A DNA stretch of 64,000 bases from an uncultured Acidobacteriota bacterium (GTDB lineage: Bacteria > Acidobacteriota > Thermoanaerobaculia > Gp7-AA8): assembly GCA_963822445.1 (NCBI GenBank), contig CAWGHO010000001.1, positions 128,001 to 192,000 of the forward strand, read 5' to 3'. Shown here one piece after another: positions 1 through 12,806 of the stretch; position 1 is the first letter of the stretch, and each line of letters begins with the position of its first letter. Made by a program: the position numbers and the translations under genes. The notes below the pieces were generated by a model. The model did not search any database. It was not told the origin of the DNA and saw only the letters and a list, made by a program, of their open reading frames with translations.

Positions 1-2910
1 GCCGGTCGTGCCGTCGTGGAAATCGATCTTCGCCGCAGTCCCGCCGTCGACGTAAACGAGACTCAGATTCGCGGTGAGTGCACCGTCGGCGCCGGCGGGC
101 CGCTTCGAGCGAACGATGCGGAAGTTGACCGAGCCGACGGTGCCGGGCGCGATCCGGATCGGCAGTGGATCGGGCACGACCCAGGGTTGGTCGGAGACGA
201 CGATGCCCGTCAGCTCCGCGGTGCCGGTGTTGCGGAACTGGGCGATGCCGACCGAGTCCGAGCCGGGCTCGCCGGCGAGCTCGATGGTCGTCGTGACAGG
301 TTGGGCCACGACCGTCCCCTCGGGTCGCTTGACCGAAAGAAGAACGGTGCTGACGGCCAGATCCTTCGCCGTCCCTTCGCCATGAATGAGGATGTAGGCG
401 TAGTACGTGCCGGGCGGTTGAGGCGTCGTCTTGATGGCGATGGTGCGGCTCGCGCCGCCGGCGATGGCGAACTGCTTCGGCTCGAGGGTGAAGTACGCGT
501 CGTCCGCGTGCTCGAGCGTGATGTCGGTGGGAAGATCGCCGAAGTTCGTCAGCGTGAAGCGATCCGCGACGACTTCCAAGCCATCGATCTGGACCGATCC
601 TTCCGGTTGCTCGCTCACCACCACCTCGGCCGGCGCGACCACGCGCGGTTTGGTCCTCCCCTGCACGGCCGCGGACCGCTCGCTGATGACGAGGTTCTCC
701 TGCTGGGAAACCGGATGCGACACGGTCGCCACCGTGAAGTAATAAGTGGTGTCCGGCTCGAGATTGCGGACCGTGACCGTGTTCTCAGACTTACTGATCG
801 TCGTAGCCACGGCTGCCGCCGGACCGCCGGGAGTCTTCGACGCCACGACCTGATAGCCGCCGCCGTAGTAGTACCAGCGGATCGGCGTGAGGCTGAAGGT
901 TGCGCTGCGATCGGTCGTCTCGACCAGCCGGAAGTTCGCCGGCATCACGGTCTGCGTGGCCTCGAAGTCGCCGTCGCCATGCTTGAGATTCACGAACGCG
1001 CGAACCGCTGGATCGTTCGAGTACAGCGCGTTGTACGCAAAGTCGGAGCTATGGTCCACGAGGCCGGTCATGCGCGTGATCTCGCTCGGGATTGGCCCTT
1101 CGAGCTTGTTGAACGACACCCCCAGGTACTGCAGCGCCGTCAGCTCGCCGAATTCGCGCGGAATCGGTCCGCTGAAGTGATTGCAGCAGAGACTGAGGTT
1201 GTAGGCCTTCTTCAGCTTCGCGAGCTCTTTCGGAAGCGGACCGTCGAAGTCGTTCTCGCCGATGGAGAGGAATTCGAGATTGGCCATGTTCCCCATCTCC
1301 GGCGGCAACGGGCCGGAGAAGGCATTGTTGACCAGCACGAGGAAGGTGAGATTCGTCAGCGAGCCGATGCTGCGAGGCAAAGGACCGCTGAGCTGGTTGT
1401 GGCCGACGACGAGGTAGACCAGGTTCCCGAGGCGGCTGAAATCGATGAGCGGACCGGTGAGCTGGTTCTCGCTGACGTCGAGGTAGTTCAGGTTCTCGAG
1501 TGCTGACAAGCCCGCAGGCAGCGGGCCTTCGAAGCGGTTGACGTTGACGAAGAAATCGGTGAGCTGGGTCCACTCGCCGATCCAGCTCGGGAGGTTTCCG
1601 CTGAGCTGGTTATCGGTCACCGTGAACTGCGTCACGTTGCTCAGCTTGCGGAACGTCTCCGGGATCGTCCCCGTGAGCCGGTTGGCGTTGAGGGAGACGA
1701 TCCGCAGCTTGACGAGATCGCCGAGTTGCGGCGGGATGGTGCCTTCGAGCTCGTTCGCGTAGAGCGAGAGGTACTCCAGATTCGCGAGCGCTCCGAGCTC
1801 CTGCGGAATCGGACCGGTCAGTTTGTTGCGGGCGAGATCGATCTCGCGCAGGTTCGCCAGCCCCGAGAGGCCGGGCGGAATCGAGCCCTCGAGCTGGTTG
1901 GACTGCAGCTCGAGCCTTTCGAGCGCCGCCATCTGGCCCAGTTCCGTGGGGATGGTGCCGGTGAGGGCGTTCGAGGAGAGCCAGAGAGTGTGCAGCTTCT
2001 TCAGATTGCCGAGCTCGCGCGGGAGGGACCCTGTGAATTCGTTGTCGCCGAGGAGCGCTTCTTCGAGGTTCGTCAGCCGCGCAATCGGCTGAATTGATCC
2101 TGTAAAGGCGTTGTCGGTGAGGTCGAGCGTTTTCAGGCTGGCCAGATCGCCGATGAAGTCGGGAAGCGGCCCGTCGAGCTGATTCACTTCGAGATCGAGG
2201 TCTTCCAGCGCGCGCAGCTTGCTGAAGGTCACCGGCAGCGGTCCGGTGAGCTGGTTGTAGCCGGCGCGAAAGGTGATCAGGGACGACAGGTTGCCGAGGG
2301 ATGAAGGGAGCGAGCCTTCGAGAAAGTTGTCGCCCACCGTCAGAAGTTCGAGCTTCGACAGCGATCCGAGCGCCGCGGGGATCTCGCCGCTGAGCAGATT
2401 CAACGTCAGGTTGAGCGCCTTCAGCTCTCTGAGATTCGCAAACGACGCCGGGATCTCACCTTCGAAATAGTTCTGCGAGAGTCCCAGTTCGACGAGCGCG
2501 GCCAGGTCTCCCAGCGCATCGGGCAGCTGGCCCTCGAACTGGTTGGCGTCGAGGTAGAGGATCTCGAGCTGCTTCAGTGCGCCGAACGACGCAGGGAGCT
2601 CGCCGCGAAGCTGATTGCCCGCGAACTGCAGCGACCGCACTTTCGAAAGGTTGCCGAGCGACGCCGGTAACGTCCCGTCGAGATTGTTGTAGTACAGGCT
2701 GAGATCGATGACGTTCGACTCCGTCTCGTCGCAGGTCACGCCGTACCAGTCGCACTCGGGCTCGTTGGAGAGCCACTTCGCGTTCTCGGTCCAGCTCGGG
2801 CCGTTGGTGGATTGATAGAGGTCGACGAGCGCGGAGCGCTCCGCGGAGGGAATGGCGGCGCTCGCGCCGGCTGCGATCAGCAGCGCGCAGGCGAGGACGA
2901 GGTGGCGCAT
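1..2910 (-). CDS. Secreted plant-type leucine-rich-repeat protein with FN3/Ig-like domains (3' end runs off window)
   Basis: Manual translation from ATG at 2910: signal peptide MRHLVLACALLIAAGASA, LRR N-cap (CDWYGVTC), about 22-23 24-aa repeats LxxLxLxxNxLxGxIPxxLG, then FN3-like (RNLEPDTTYYFTV) and Ig-like segments. No stop seen before position 1. Confidence 0.9.
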   Translation of the reverse strand, partial: MRHLVLACALLIAAGASAAIPSAERSALVDLYQSTNGPSWTENAKWLSNEPECDWYGVTCDETESNVIDLSLYYNNLDGTLPASLGNLSKVRSLQFAGNQLRGELPASFGALKQLEILYLDANQFEGQLPDALGDLAALVELGLSQNYFEGEIPASFANLRELKALNLTLNLLSGEIPAALGSLSKLELLTVGDNFLEGSLPSSLGNLSSLITFRAGYNQLTGPLPVTFSKLRALEDLDLEVNQLDGPLPDFIGDLASLKTLDLTDNAFTGSIQPIARLTNLEEALLGDNEFTGSLPRELGNLKKLHTLWLSSNALTGTIPTELGQMAALERLELQSNQLEGSIPPGLSGLANLREIDLARNKLTGPIPQELGALANLEYLSLYANELEGTIPPQLGDLVKLRIVSLNANRLTGTIPETFRKLSNVTQFTVTDNQLSGNLPSWIGEWTQLTDFFVNVNRFEGPLPAGLSALENLNYLDVSENQLTGPLIDFSRLGNLVYLVVGHNQLSGPLPRSIGSLTNLTFLVLVNNAFSGPLPPEMGNMANLEFLSIGENDFDGPLPKELAKLKKAYNLSLCCNHFSGPIPREFGELTALQYLGVSFNKLEGPIPSEITRMTGLVDHSSDFAYNALYSNDPAVRAFVNLKHGDGDFEATQTVMPANFRLVETTDRSATFSLTPIRWYYYGGGYQVVASKTPGGPAAAVATTISKSENTVTVRNLEPDTTYYFTVATVSHPVSQQENLVISERSAAVQGRTKPRVVAPAEVVVSEQPEGSVQIDGLEVVADRFTLTNFGDLPTDITLEHADDAYFTLEPKQFAIAGGASRTIAIKTTPQPPGTYYAYILIHGEGTAKDLAVSTVLLSVKRPEGTVVAQPVTTTIELAGEPGSDSVGIAQFRNTGTAELTGIVVSDQPWVVPDPLPIRIAPGTVGSVNFRIVRSKRPAGADGALTANLSLVYVDGGTAAKIDFHDGTTG

Positions 2911-2936
2911 GGAGTGAGTATACGAGCGGGGGCAAA

Positions 2937-3025
2937 TGGAGTGCGGCGGCTCTGCCGCCGCTTTCTCAGCGCGCGGAGCGCGCCTCCGGCGCTTGTTAAA
3001 GCGGCGGCAGAGCCGCCGCACTCCA
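2937..3025. repeat. REP/REPIN-like inverted pair
   Basis: TGGAGTGCGGCGGCTCTGCCGCCGCTTT (2937-2964) and its exact reverse complement (2998-3025); each arm is itself a hairpin. Confidence 0.85.
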
Positions 3026-3047
3026 ACTCAGCAACCGAGCAACCCAT

Positions 3048-4196
3048 TTACGTCCACTCCTCCCGCCCCGTCCGCCCCTTCCCCGGATTCCGCGAGTTCT
3101 TCCGGCGATCGACGTCCGGCACGACCACCTCGCGATGCGGGCGGGTGCGCTCGAACTCCTCGACGAAGCGCACCGCCTCATCGATCACGTCGTCCCATGA
3201 CGTAGGCAGAGGCGCGGCGGCGCGGAGGCGCTCGCAATGCGCGCGGTATTCGTCGCAGCGATGCAGGGCTTCGCTGAAACGGGCGCGGACGGTGTCGTCG
3301 TGCATCACCCGGCGGGCGATGAAGGTCTGCAGATCGGGGATGCGCTCGATGTGGCTGCAGAAGAGGATCACGTCGTTGCCGGCCATCAGCGCGAGCTCGG
3401 AGATTTCTTCGTACGAGCCGAGGTCGGAGACCGCGTGCATTTCCATGTCGTCGCTGATGGCGACGCCGTCGAAGGCGATGAAGTTGCGAAGCAGATCGGT
3501 GGTCATCCGCCAGCTGAGCGTCGCCGGCAGATCGGGCTCGTCGATCTGCGGATACGTGCCGTGGCCGATCATGATCGCGCCGGCGCGGTTGCCGAGCTTC
3601 TGAAACGGCACCAGGTCGTGCTCGACGAGGTGCGTCACCGGCACGTCGATCACGGTGGCGCCGTAGTGCGGATCCGCATTTCCGTAGCCGATGCCCGGCC
3701 AGTGTTTGAGACACGTCGCGACGCCCGCTTCGTGATGGCCGTCCATGAACGCGCCGGCGAGCTCGATGACCGTCTGCGGATCGGCGCCGAACGTTCGCCG
3801 CTCCAGCCCTTTCGGCGCGGCCGTTCCGCGGATGTCGACGACCGGCGCGAGATTGATCTCGATGTCGAAGTAACGCAGGGCCATCCCGATGACTTTGCCG
3901 AACCACTTCGACATCTCGACGGGCTGTTCCCCTTCGCCGAACGATTCCGCGCTGGGCAATCCCGGAACGAGGTGCCGCAGGCGATCGACGCGCCCGCCCT
4001 CTTCATCGATCATGAACAACGGCGGCCGCGACGAGATGCTCTTCACCTCGGCCACGAGATCGCGGAGCTGGTCCGCCGTGCCAATGTTCCGGCCGAAAAG
4101 CACGACGGCGTAGGGGCTCGACTCGAGCAGAATGCGCCGCTCGAGGTCGGTTAAGACCTTGCCGGTGAGACCGATACCGTAAATATCAGGCCGCAT
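3048..4196 (-). CDS. nagZ: Beta-N-acetylhexosaminidase (GH3)
   Basis: IDEEGGRVDRL, NLAPVVD, KHWPGIG..DPH and SDDMEM motifs; start MRPDIY at 4196. Confidence 0.85.
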   Translation of the reverse strand: MRPDIYGIGLTGKVLTDLERRILLESSPYAVVLFGRNIGTADQLRDLVAEVKSISSRPPLFMIDEEGGRVDRLRHLVPGLPSAESFGEGEQPVEMSKWFGKVIGMALRYFDIEINLAPVVDIRGTAAPKGLERRTFGADPQTVIELAGAFMDGHHEAGVATCLKHWPGIGYGNADPHYGATVIDVPVTHLVEHDLVPFQKLGNRAGAIMIGHGTYPQIDEPDLPATLSWRMTTDLLRNFIAFDGVAISDDMEMHAVSDLGSYEEISELALMAGNDVILFCSHIERIPDLQTFIARRVMHDDTVRARFSEALHRCDEYRAHCERLRAAAPLPTSWDDVIDEAVRFVEEFERTRPHREVVVPDVDRRKNSRNPGKGRTGREEWT

Positions 4197-6309
4197 TGCT
4201 GTTGCGCATCGTAGCAAACGGCCAGCCGACTCCTCCGATGCTGAGCAGGGCGAGCGCCGCAATCGTCCCGATGAGGCTCAAATAGAAGGTCATCGGCACA
4301 TACCGGACGACGACACGGTGGCGTCCGGCAGGGACATCAAACGCGATGAACGTGCCGTGAAGTTTCGTCAGCGGCACGCGCTCGCCATCGACGGTCACGC
4401 GCCACCCTGGCGCGAAGACCTGACTCGATTCGATGCGCGTCCGTTTTGCCGCGTCGATGTCGAACTCGAGACGCGCCGGTGATTTCTGCGCGATCGTGCC
4501 GATCCGGGCGTCGCCGAAGAAATGGCGATTCCAGCGCGCGGCTTCGAAGAGTTTTCCATCGGGACCCTCGTAGCGCAGCAGCCATGACGGCGATGGCGTG
4601 ACGGCCGGATCGGTGAGCAGGAAGCGGACGCCGAGGAAGGCGAGCTCGGGGCGATCGAGATCCTGGATGCGGCGGACGTCGCTCGTGTCCTGCACGGCGA
4701 TGCGCTCGAAGAATTGCGAGTACGAGCTCAGCGCCATCGGATCGCTGCCGCGGATGTCCTCGAATCCGTATTGCGCCGCGGCGTTGGGAAGGAACGTCCA
4801 GTCGTGACCGGCGATGCGCGATGGCTCGCCGCGCGAATGAGTCGCCAGCGCGTCGAGGATGCGCAGCTTCGGTCGATACCAGCCGCTGTTGGTGAGCGCG
4901 TTGAAGCCGGCGTTGAAAGCGAAGAGCTCGACGAGGATCGCCACGGCGGCCGCGGCCGGTCGTGCGCGGCCGAGCCAGAAGATCAGCAGGGCGATCACAC
5001 CGAAGCTCGTCGACCAGCCGAGGGTGACGTTCCATTTGGCGTCGAGCAGCCAGATTGCGGCGACGCAAACAAGTAGCGAGGCGAAGGCGATCGGAAGCAG
5101 GCGCAGACGATCGACGGTGCGCGCGGCGACGATGCCGGTGAAGAAGGCGATGACGAAGCGGAGGCGGTCGTTGGCCATCAGATTCAACGGCGGAATGGAG
5201 TTGATCGTGCGGCCGATCAGCGTCCAGTTCATGGCCACGAGGAAGAGCACGACGATCGCGACGAGAAGAATCACATCGCGCCGTTTGGGCCGCGAGAAAG
5301 GCGTCGCCAGAAGCAACGACAGCGGCAGCAGTCCCAGGTAGGTCGGGGCGACGATCGAGTAGTTGTAGATCCATTGCCACGTGCCGCGCGCCGGGTTGCC
5401 GAAGCCGTCGGGGTTGAGCAGCAGCCAGGCGAATGCAGTCGGGTATGGCGGATGGGTCACGCCGTGGAGTGTCGCCGCGCGGGTACTGAGCAGGGCCTGT
5501 TCTACGACGGGAACCCAGGCCGGCGCAGCAAGCAGCAGTCCGATCAACGCCGCCTTGAAAGGCCGCCAGGAAAACGGCGCCATGCCGATGAGAATGGCGA
5601 TCCCGATGTGCACCGCGCTTTCGGGATGCCCGCCACTCGCCGCCGCGGCGGTGATGATCGCGAGGAGCACGGTCCAGCGATGCCGCCCATCGCGCACACA
5701 TCCGCGCACCGCAAACGCGGCCGCGGGAAGCAGCGCGCTGACGCTGGTCATCGGGTAGTAGAGATAGACGGTCTGGAACACCGAGAAAGCGAAGATCGCG
5801 CTGCCGAACAGCGCCGCTGCCGGCGACACCTCTTCATCGCGGAGGAACAGGTAGCCGAAGAGCAACGCGACAAAGAGCTTCAGCCCGGCCATGGCTACGA
5901 GCTGCTTGGGCAACGCGACGAACAGCGTCGCCAGAAAGAGCGGCCCGAACGGCGCGGACTGGCCGTTGCCGAGGAGCGGATAGCCGGAGAACTGGTGGGG
6001 ATTCCAGAGCGGCAGTGTTCCCGCGGCCAGCTGCTCCCGCACGACCTGCATCCACGGCAGGATCTGCTTCACCGTGTCGTTCGTGAGCGGATTGCGCGCT
6101 TCGCTCACGCCGAGCACGCCGCGATACGGATAGCCGCGCATCACTTCGTCCAAAGGCACCGGCACTTTTTTCGTGAAGACCGCGCCGTGAAGAAATGCGA
6201 GCGTGAGGATCATCGCCAGCCCGGCGATCGACCAGGGAAGCGGTGCGTACCAGCGACGGATCGCGAGGACGATCAGGAGCGCGGGGAGGAGGATGCCGGC
6301 TAGAACCAT
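4186..6309 (-). CDS. YfhO-family multi-TM membrane protein (GT-C-like glycosyltransferase)
   Basis: PLWNPHQFSGYPLLGNGQ, GHPE and C-terminal PGWRVTVDG..VPAGRHRV motifs; many TM helices. Confidence 0.8.
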   Translation of the reverse strand: MVLAGILLPALLIVLAIRRWYAPLPWSIAGLAMILTLAFLHGAVFTKKVPVPLDEVMRGYPYRGVLGVSEARNPLTNDTVKQILPWMQVVREQLAAGTLPLWNPHQFSGYPLLGNGQSAPFGPLFLATLFVALPKQLVAMAGLKLFVALLFGYLFLRDEEVSPAAALFGSAIFAFSVFQTVYLYYPMTSVSALLPAAAFAVRGCVRDGRHRWTVLLAIITAAAASGGHPESAVHIGIAILIGMAPFSWRPFKAALIGLLLAAPAWVPVVEQALLSTRAATLHGVTHPPYPTAFAWLLLNPDGFGNPARGTWQWIYNYSIVAPTYLGLLPLSLLLATPFSRPKRRDVILLVAIVVLFLVAMNWTLIGRTINSIPPLNLMANDRLRFVIAFFTGIVAARTVDRLRLLPIAFASLLVCVAAIWLLDAKWNVTLGWSTSFGVIALLIFWLGRARPAAAAVAILVELFAFNAGFNALTNSGWYRPKLRILDALATHSRGEPSRIAGHDWTFLPNAAAQYGFEDIRGSDPMALSSYSQFFERIAVQDTSDVRRIQDLDRPELAFLGVRFLLTDPAVTPSPSWLLRYEGPDGKLFEAARWNRHFFGDARIGTIAQKSPARLEFDIDAAKRTRIESSQVFAPGWRVTVDGERVPLTKLHGTFIAFDVPAGRHRVVVRYVPMTFYLSLIGTIAALALLSIGGVGWPFATMRNSNAA

Positions 6310-6389
6310 AGTCGTTAGTCGTTAGTGGTTAGTCGTTAGTAGAAACCATCGCCACGTCCTACTAACGACTAACCACTAACGACTAACGA

Positions 6390-6392
<3 letters not shown>
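6309..6392. repeat. Heptamer-tandem hairpin (TAGTCGT unit)
   Basis: Perfect 34-bp inverted repeat, 6309-6342 and 6359-6392. Confidence 0.95.
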
Positions 6393-8969
<2,577 letters not shown>

Positions 8970-8973
8970 GATT

Positions 8974-9051
8974 CGGTAGGCGGTTTGCGGTAGGCGGTAT
9001 GCGGGGGGGGACGGCTTCCACCGCCTACTGCCTACCGCCTACTGCCTACCG
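8974..9051. repeat. Heptamer-tandem hairpin (CGGTAGG unit)
   Basis: CGGTAGG-type units at 8974-9004 face CCGCCTA/CTGCCTA units at 9021-9051. Confidence 0.85.
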
Positions 9052-9376
9052 GTTTCCGGAGTCGGAGCAGGGTACCATCCTCGACTTTCAACTCCACCAC
9101 CAGTGCCTCGCGCAGCCGCGTGTGAGGCACCTTGTCGAGCAGCACCACCCACCGATCCTCGGCCGCCCCCTCCCCCGCCCGCGCCCGCGCGACGTGCACC
9201 ACTTCGTAGCCGTGCAGGCCGCGCTCGCGCGCAACGTCCACCGCCCGTATCCCCGCCTCGATCGAGAGGATGCGTCCCTTCGGCCGGGACGGATCTTCGA
9301 GACCGCGCACGGCGAAGAAGAGGATCGCGCAGACGAGGATCCACGCGGGGTAGAGCAGCCAGAACCGGCGGAACAT
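9032..9376 (-). CDS. Hypothetical membrane-anchored protein
   Basis: 114 aa with an N-terminal TM helix; fills the gap upstream of mutS; TATCAT box 8 nt before ATG. Confidence 0.65.
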   Translation of the reverse strand: MFRRFWLLYPAWILVCAILFFAVRGLEDPSRPKGRILSIEAGIRAVDVARERGLHGYEVVHVARARAGEGAAEDRWVVLLDKVPHTRLREALVVELKVEDGTLLRLRKPVGSRR

Positions 9377-9396
9377 GGGGCTGTATGATACGGACC

Positions 9397-9642
9397 GTGA
9401 CCCGCAGTGAGATCGCCGAAACGCTGGTGACCCTCGTCCGGAAGGAAAAAAACGTCTCCGAGGACCTGCTGCGACCCGAGTTGTCCCTCGCCGACGCCGG
9501 CATCGACTCCCTCGACTCCCTGACCATCCTCTTCGCCATCGAGGAGCACTTCAAGATCTCGATTCCAGATGACCGCGCCCGCGCGATCAAAACGTTCGGC
9601 GATTTGATCGACGTCGTGCAGGAGCGCGTTCCCGCCACGTGA
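9397..9642 (+). CDS. Acyl carrier protein
   Basis: GIDSLD phosphopantetheine motif and IEEHFKISI; stop overlaps the fabF start (GTGA). Start GTG 9397 (alternative ATG 9385). Confidence 0.9.
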   Translation: MTRSEIAETLVTLVRKEKNVSEDLLRPELSLADAGIDSLDSLTILFAIEEHFKISIPDDRARAIKTFGDLIDVVQERVPAT

Positions 9643-10844
9643 TCCGCGTTTTCATTACCGGTCTCGGAATCGTTTCTCCCTTCGGTCGCGGCAGCGGTGC
9701 AGCGCTCGACGCATTGCGCAACGCGCGCAGCGGTGTCCGCGCAATCACCAGCATCGACACCTCCGCGCTGAACTGCCGCATCGGCGGCGAGGTGCCGGCC
9801 GAAGCGCAGGAAGGTCTCCATCGCGGGCACGATCGATTCACGCGGCTTGCGCTCATCGCGGCCGAGGAGGCTGCGGCGCAGGCTGGAGACCTCGGCGCGG
9901 AGGCCGATCGCATCGGCGTCCTGATCGGCACGGGCCTCGGCGGATGCGAGACCCTCGACAACAGCTATCGCCGTCTCTACGCGGAAGGCGGACGGATTCC
10001 GCCGAATGCGATTCCGACGACGATGTACAACGCCGCCGCGGCCGCGGTCTCGGCGAAGCTCGGCGCGAAAGGTCTCGCCTACTCGGTCGTCTCGGCCTGT
10101 GCGTCGAGCGCGCATGCGATCGGCCTGGCCATGCAGGCCATCCGCTCCGGTCAGGCCGACGTGGTCATCGCCGGCGGGTCGGACGCGCCGCTCGTGCCGG
10201 GGATCATCCGTGGCTGGGAATCGCTGCGCGTGCTGGCCATCGACAACGAGCATCCCGAGGAAGCCTGCCGGCCATTCAGCGCCGATCGCAAGGGCCTGGT
10301 CCTTGCCGAGGGGGCGGCGGTTTTCGTTCTGGAGTCGGAGGAGAACGCCCGGCGCCGCGGCGCGGAGTTGATCGCAGAGGTCGTGGGATTCGGCGCGACG
10401 AGCGACGCCGGCCACATCACCGACCCCTCGGCCGACGGCGCCGCGCGCGCCATGTCCCTCGCGTTGAAGGACGCGCGGCTGAACGCGGACGACGTCGGGT
10501 ACATCAACGCCCACGGCACGGCCACGCGCGCGAACGATTCCACCGAGACCGCGGCGATCAAATCCGTTTTCGGCCAGTCCGTACCGCCGGTGAGCTCGAC
10601 CAAGTCCCTGCACGGCCACGCGATGGGTGCCTCGGGCGCGATCGAGATCGCCGCGTCGATCCTCGCCCTGCGCCAGGGCTTCCTCCCGCCGACCATCAAC
10701 CTGACCTCGCCCGACCCCGCCTGCGATCTCGACTACGTCCCCAACCAGCCCCGCGATGCCCGGGTCGGCGCGTTTCTTTCCAACTCCTTCGGATTCGGGG
10801 GGATGAACGCGGTCGTGGCAGTCCGTTTGCTTCACTCCGCCTGA
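9639..10844 (+). CDS. fabF: Beta-ketoacyl-ACP synthase II-like
   Basis: Cys-His-His triad (SACASS, NAHGT, KSLHGH) and SNSFGFGG. Confidence 0.85.
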   Translation: MIRVFITGLGIVSPFGRGSGAALDALRNARSGVRAITSIDTSALNCRIGGEVPAEAQEGLHRGHDRFTRLALIAAEEAAAQAGDLGAEADRIGVLIGTGLGGCETLDNSYRRLYAEGGRIPPNAIPTTMYNAAAAAVSAKLGAKGLAYSVVSACASSAHAIGLAMQAIRSGQADVVIAGGSDAPLVPGIIRGWESLRVLAIDNEHPEEACRPFSADRKGLVLAEGAAVFVLESEENARRRGAELIAEVVGFGATSDAGHITDPSADGAARAMSLALKDARLNADDVGYINAHGTATRANDSTETAAIKSVFGQSVPPVSSTKSLHGHAMGASGAIEIAASILALRQGFLPPTINLTSPDPACDLDYVPNQPRDARVGAFLSNSFGFGGMNAVVAVRLLHSA

Positions 10845-10864
10845 ATGCGGCTCGGAGGCAGGCA

Positions 10865-11221
10865 GTGATCGTAGAAAAGAAGCACCTCGAGAACTTCACG
10901 ATTCTTTACGTGGAAGGTCTGATCAAGCTGGGCGAGAGCGCCGAGTTCTTTTCCTCCGCCCTGGAGAACGTGCTCAAGAACGAGAGCACGAACGTCATCA
11001 TCGACTTCACCAAGATCGATTACATCGACTCGACCGGCATCGGTGAGCTGGTCGGCTACCTCGGCAAGTTCACGGGCCAAAACCGCAAGCTGATCCTGGT
11101 CAACCCTTCCGAGCGCATCCTGAAACTGCTCAAGCTGGCCAAGCTCGACGCCGTGTTCAAGATCTACAGCGCGGAAGACGAAGCCATCGCCGCGGAGAGC
11201 GGGACGCCCGCTCGCGCTTAA
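10865..11221 (+). CDS. STAS-domain anti-sigma factor antagonist
   Basis: IIDFTKIDYIDSTGIGELV motif; GGAGG before GTG 10865. Confidence 0.9.
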   Translation: MIVEKKHLENFTILYVEGLIKLGESAEFFSSALENVLKNESTNVIIDFTKIDYIDSTGIGELVGYLGKFTGQNRKLILVNPSERILKLLKLAKLDAVFKIYSAEDEAIAAESGTPARA

Positions 11222-11232
11222 TCGCTGCGCTC

Positions 11233-11326
11233 AGGCATGAGGTATGAGTGATGAGGTATGAGTAGCTTCGCTCTACTCACCACTCGATTACTCATACCTC
11301 ATCACTCATCACTCAACCTCATGCCT
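11233..11326. repeat. Heptamer-tandem hairpin (AGGTATG/AGTGATG unit)
   Basis: AGGCATG-AGGTATG-AGTGATG-AGGTATG-AGTA faces TACTCAT-ACCTCAT-CACTCAT-CACTCAA-CCTCAT-GCCT. Confidence 0.85.
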
Positions 11327-11347
11327 CGTTCCCGGTAGACTTCCAGC

Positions 11348-12396
11348 GTGTCGGTTCCCCTCACGAACGTCTACCGCGGCCCGTACCTCGAGTCGACGCA
11401 TCGCGGCTCGATCGCGGTCGTCGACGCGACCGGACGTCTGGTGGCATTCGCGGGCAATCCCGGTCTCCGTTCCTGCCTGCGCTCGGCGGCGAAGCCGTTT
11501 CAGGCCATTCCCCTGCTCGAATACGGCGGGGTCGAAGAGTACGACCTGACTCCCGAAGAAATTGCTCTGACCTGCGCGTCGCATGGCGGCGAGCCGGTGC
11601 ATGTCGGCGCGGCGGCGGCGCTGCTGCGCAAGGGCGAGTTCGACGAGGAAGACCTGCTCTGTGCGCGCGCATCTCCCCTACGACGAAAAGGCCTCCGCCG
11701 AGCTGCGCGCGTCGGGCGAGCCGCCGTCGCCGCTGCACAACAACTGCTCGGGCAAGCACGCGGGGATGCTCCTCGCGACGCAGGCGATGGACGTCGCCAT
11801 CCTCGCGATACATCGACGCCGAGCACCCGCTGCAGCAGTTGATGCGCTCGACCGTCGCCGACTTCGCCGGACTGCAACCGGACGACGTTCCGATCGCGAT
11901 CGACGGCTGCGGCGTTCCCGCATTCTTCCTCTCGCTTCATCGCGCCGCGTTCGCGTACGCGCAGCTCATGAGCCGCACGCTCGATCGTTACGCCGAGAGC
12001 GCGAGCACGATCGTCGACGCCATGACCTCCTTTCCCGAGTACGTCGCCGGCAACTGGAGCATGACCACGCCGCTCATGGCTGCATTCGGCGGCGAGCTGC
12101 TGGCGAAGGAGGGCGCCGAGGGGTTTTACGCGATGGCGCTCGCGCCGTCGCTCTGCTCTGAATTGACCGATACCCTCCGCCTCCCCGATGATTGCGCGCT
12201 CGGCGTCGCACTTAAGATCGACGACGGCTCGATGGAGCGGGGTCGCAATCCGGTGATCCTTCGTCTCCTCGAGCTCCTCGGAATCGACCTCGATGCGCGG
12301 CCGGAACTGATGCCGTACCGGCAGTGGGACCTTCGGAATCACGCGGGAACGACAGTCGGCCAGGTCCGGGCCGAGTTTGAATTGGAGACTCTCTGA
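11348..12396 (+). CDS. Rhizobium AnsA-type L-asparaginase II; two apparent frameshifts (~11663, ~11797)
   Basis: RSAAKPFQ, CASHGGE, HNNCSGKHAG, DGCGVP and KEGAEG motifs are spread over three frames. Confidence 0.85.
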
Positions 12397-12806
12397 TGCG
12401 GAAAGTATTGATTGTGGCAGCGATGATCCTGGCCTCGTGCAAAACCGTGGGCGTCTCCATGACCCCCGGCGGATATGCCGAGGTTTCCCCGACCATCGCC
12501 AACGAAATGATTCTCGACTCGAGGCAGGTGGTCATCCTCGACGTCCGCCCGGCCAGCGAGTACCGCGGCCCGGAAGGGCACGTCGCCGGGGCGCTCAGCG
12601 CTCCGATGGACACCATCGAGCGGCAGCTTCCCGAGCTCCTTCCCTATCAGAACCAGACCGTTCTCATTTACGGCACCGGGGATACCGAGGGTGCCGAAGC
12701 CGCCCGTCTTCTGATCGTCGCCGGCTTCCGGAACGTGGTCCACATCTCGGGCGGACTCCGGGCCTGGATTGAACACGGGTATCGGACTGTTAACGCGCAC
12801 CAATGA
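12396..12806 (+). CDS. Rhodanese-like domain lipoprotein
   Basis: LASC lipobox; ILDVRPASEY..GHVAGA and GGLRAW; no catalytic Cys at the usual position (IYGTG). Confidence 0.8.
   Translation: MRKVLIVAAMILASCKTVGVSMTPGGYAEVSPTIANEMILDSRQVVILDVRPASEYRGPEGHVAGALSAPMDTIERQLPELLPYQNQTVLIYGTGDTEGAEAARLLIVAGFRNVVHISGGLRAWIEHGYRTVNAHQ

Noticed and set aside
16-1506. Long antisense or alternative-frame ORFs (e.g. 16-1506, 53139-55040, 61784-63766)
   Set aside because: Shadows of real genes caused by high-GC codon bias; no recognisable motifs.
9397-10844. ACP + ketosynthase as a type II PKS cluster
   Set aside because: No chain-length factor, reductase or tailoring genes nearby.
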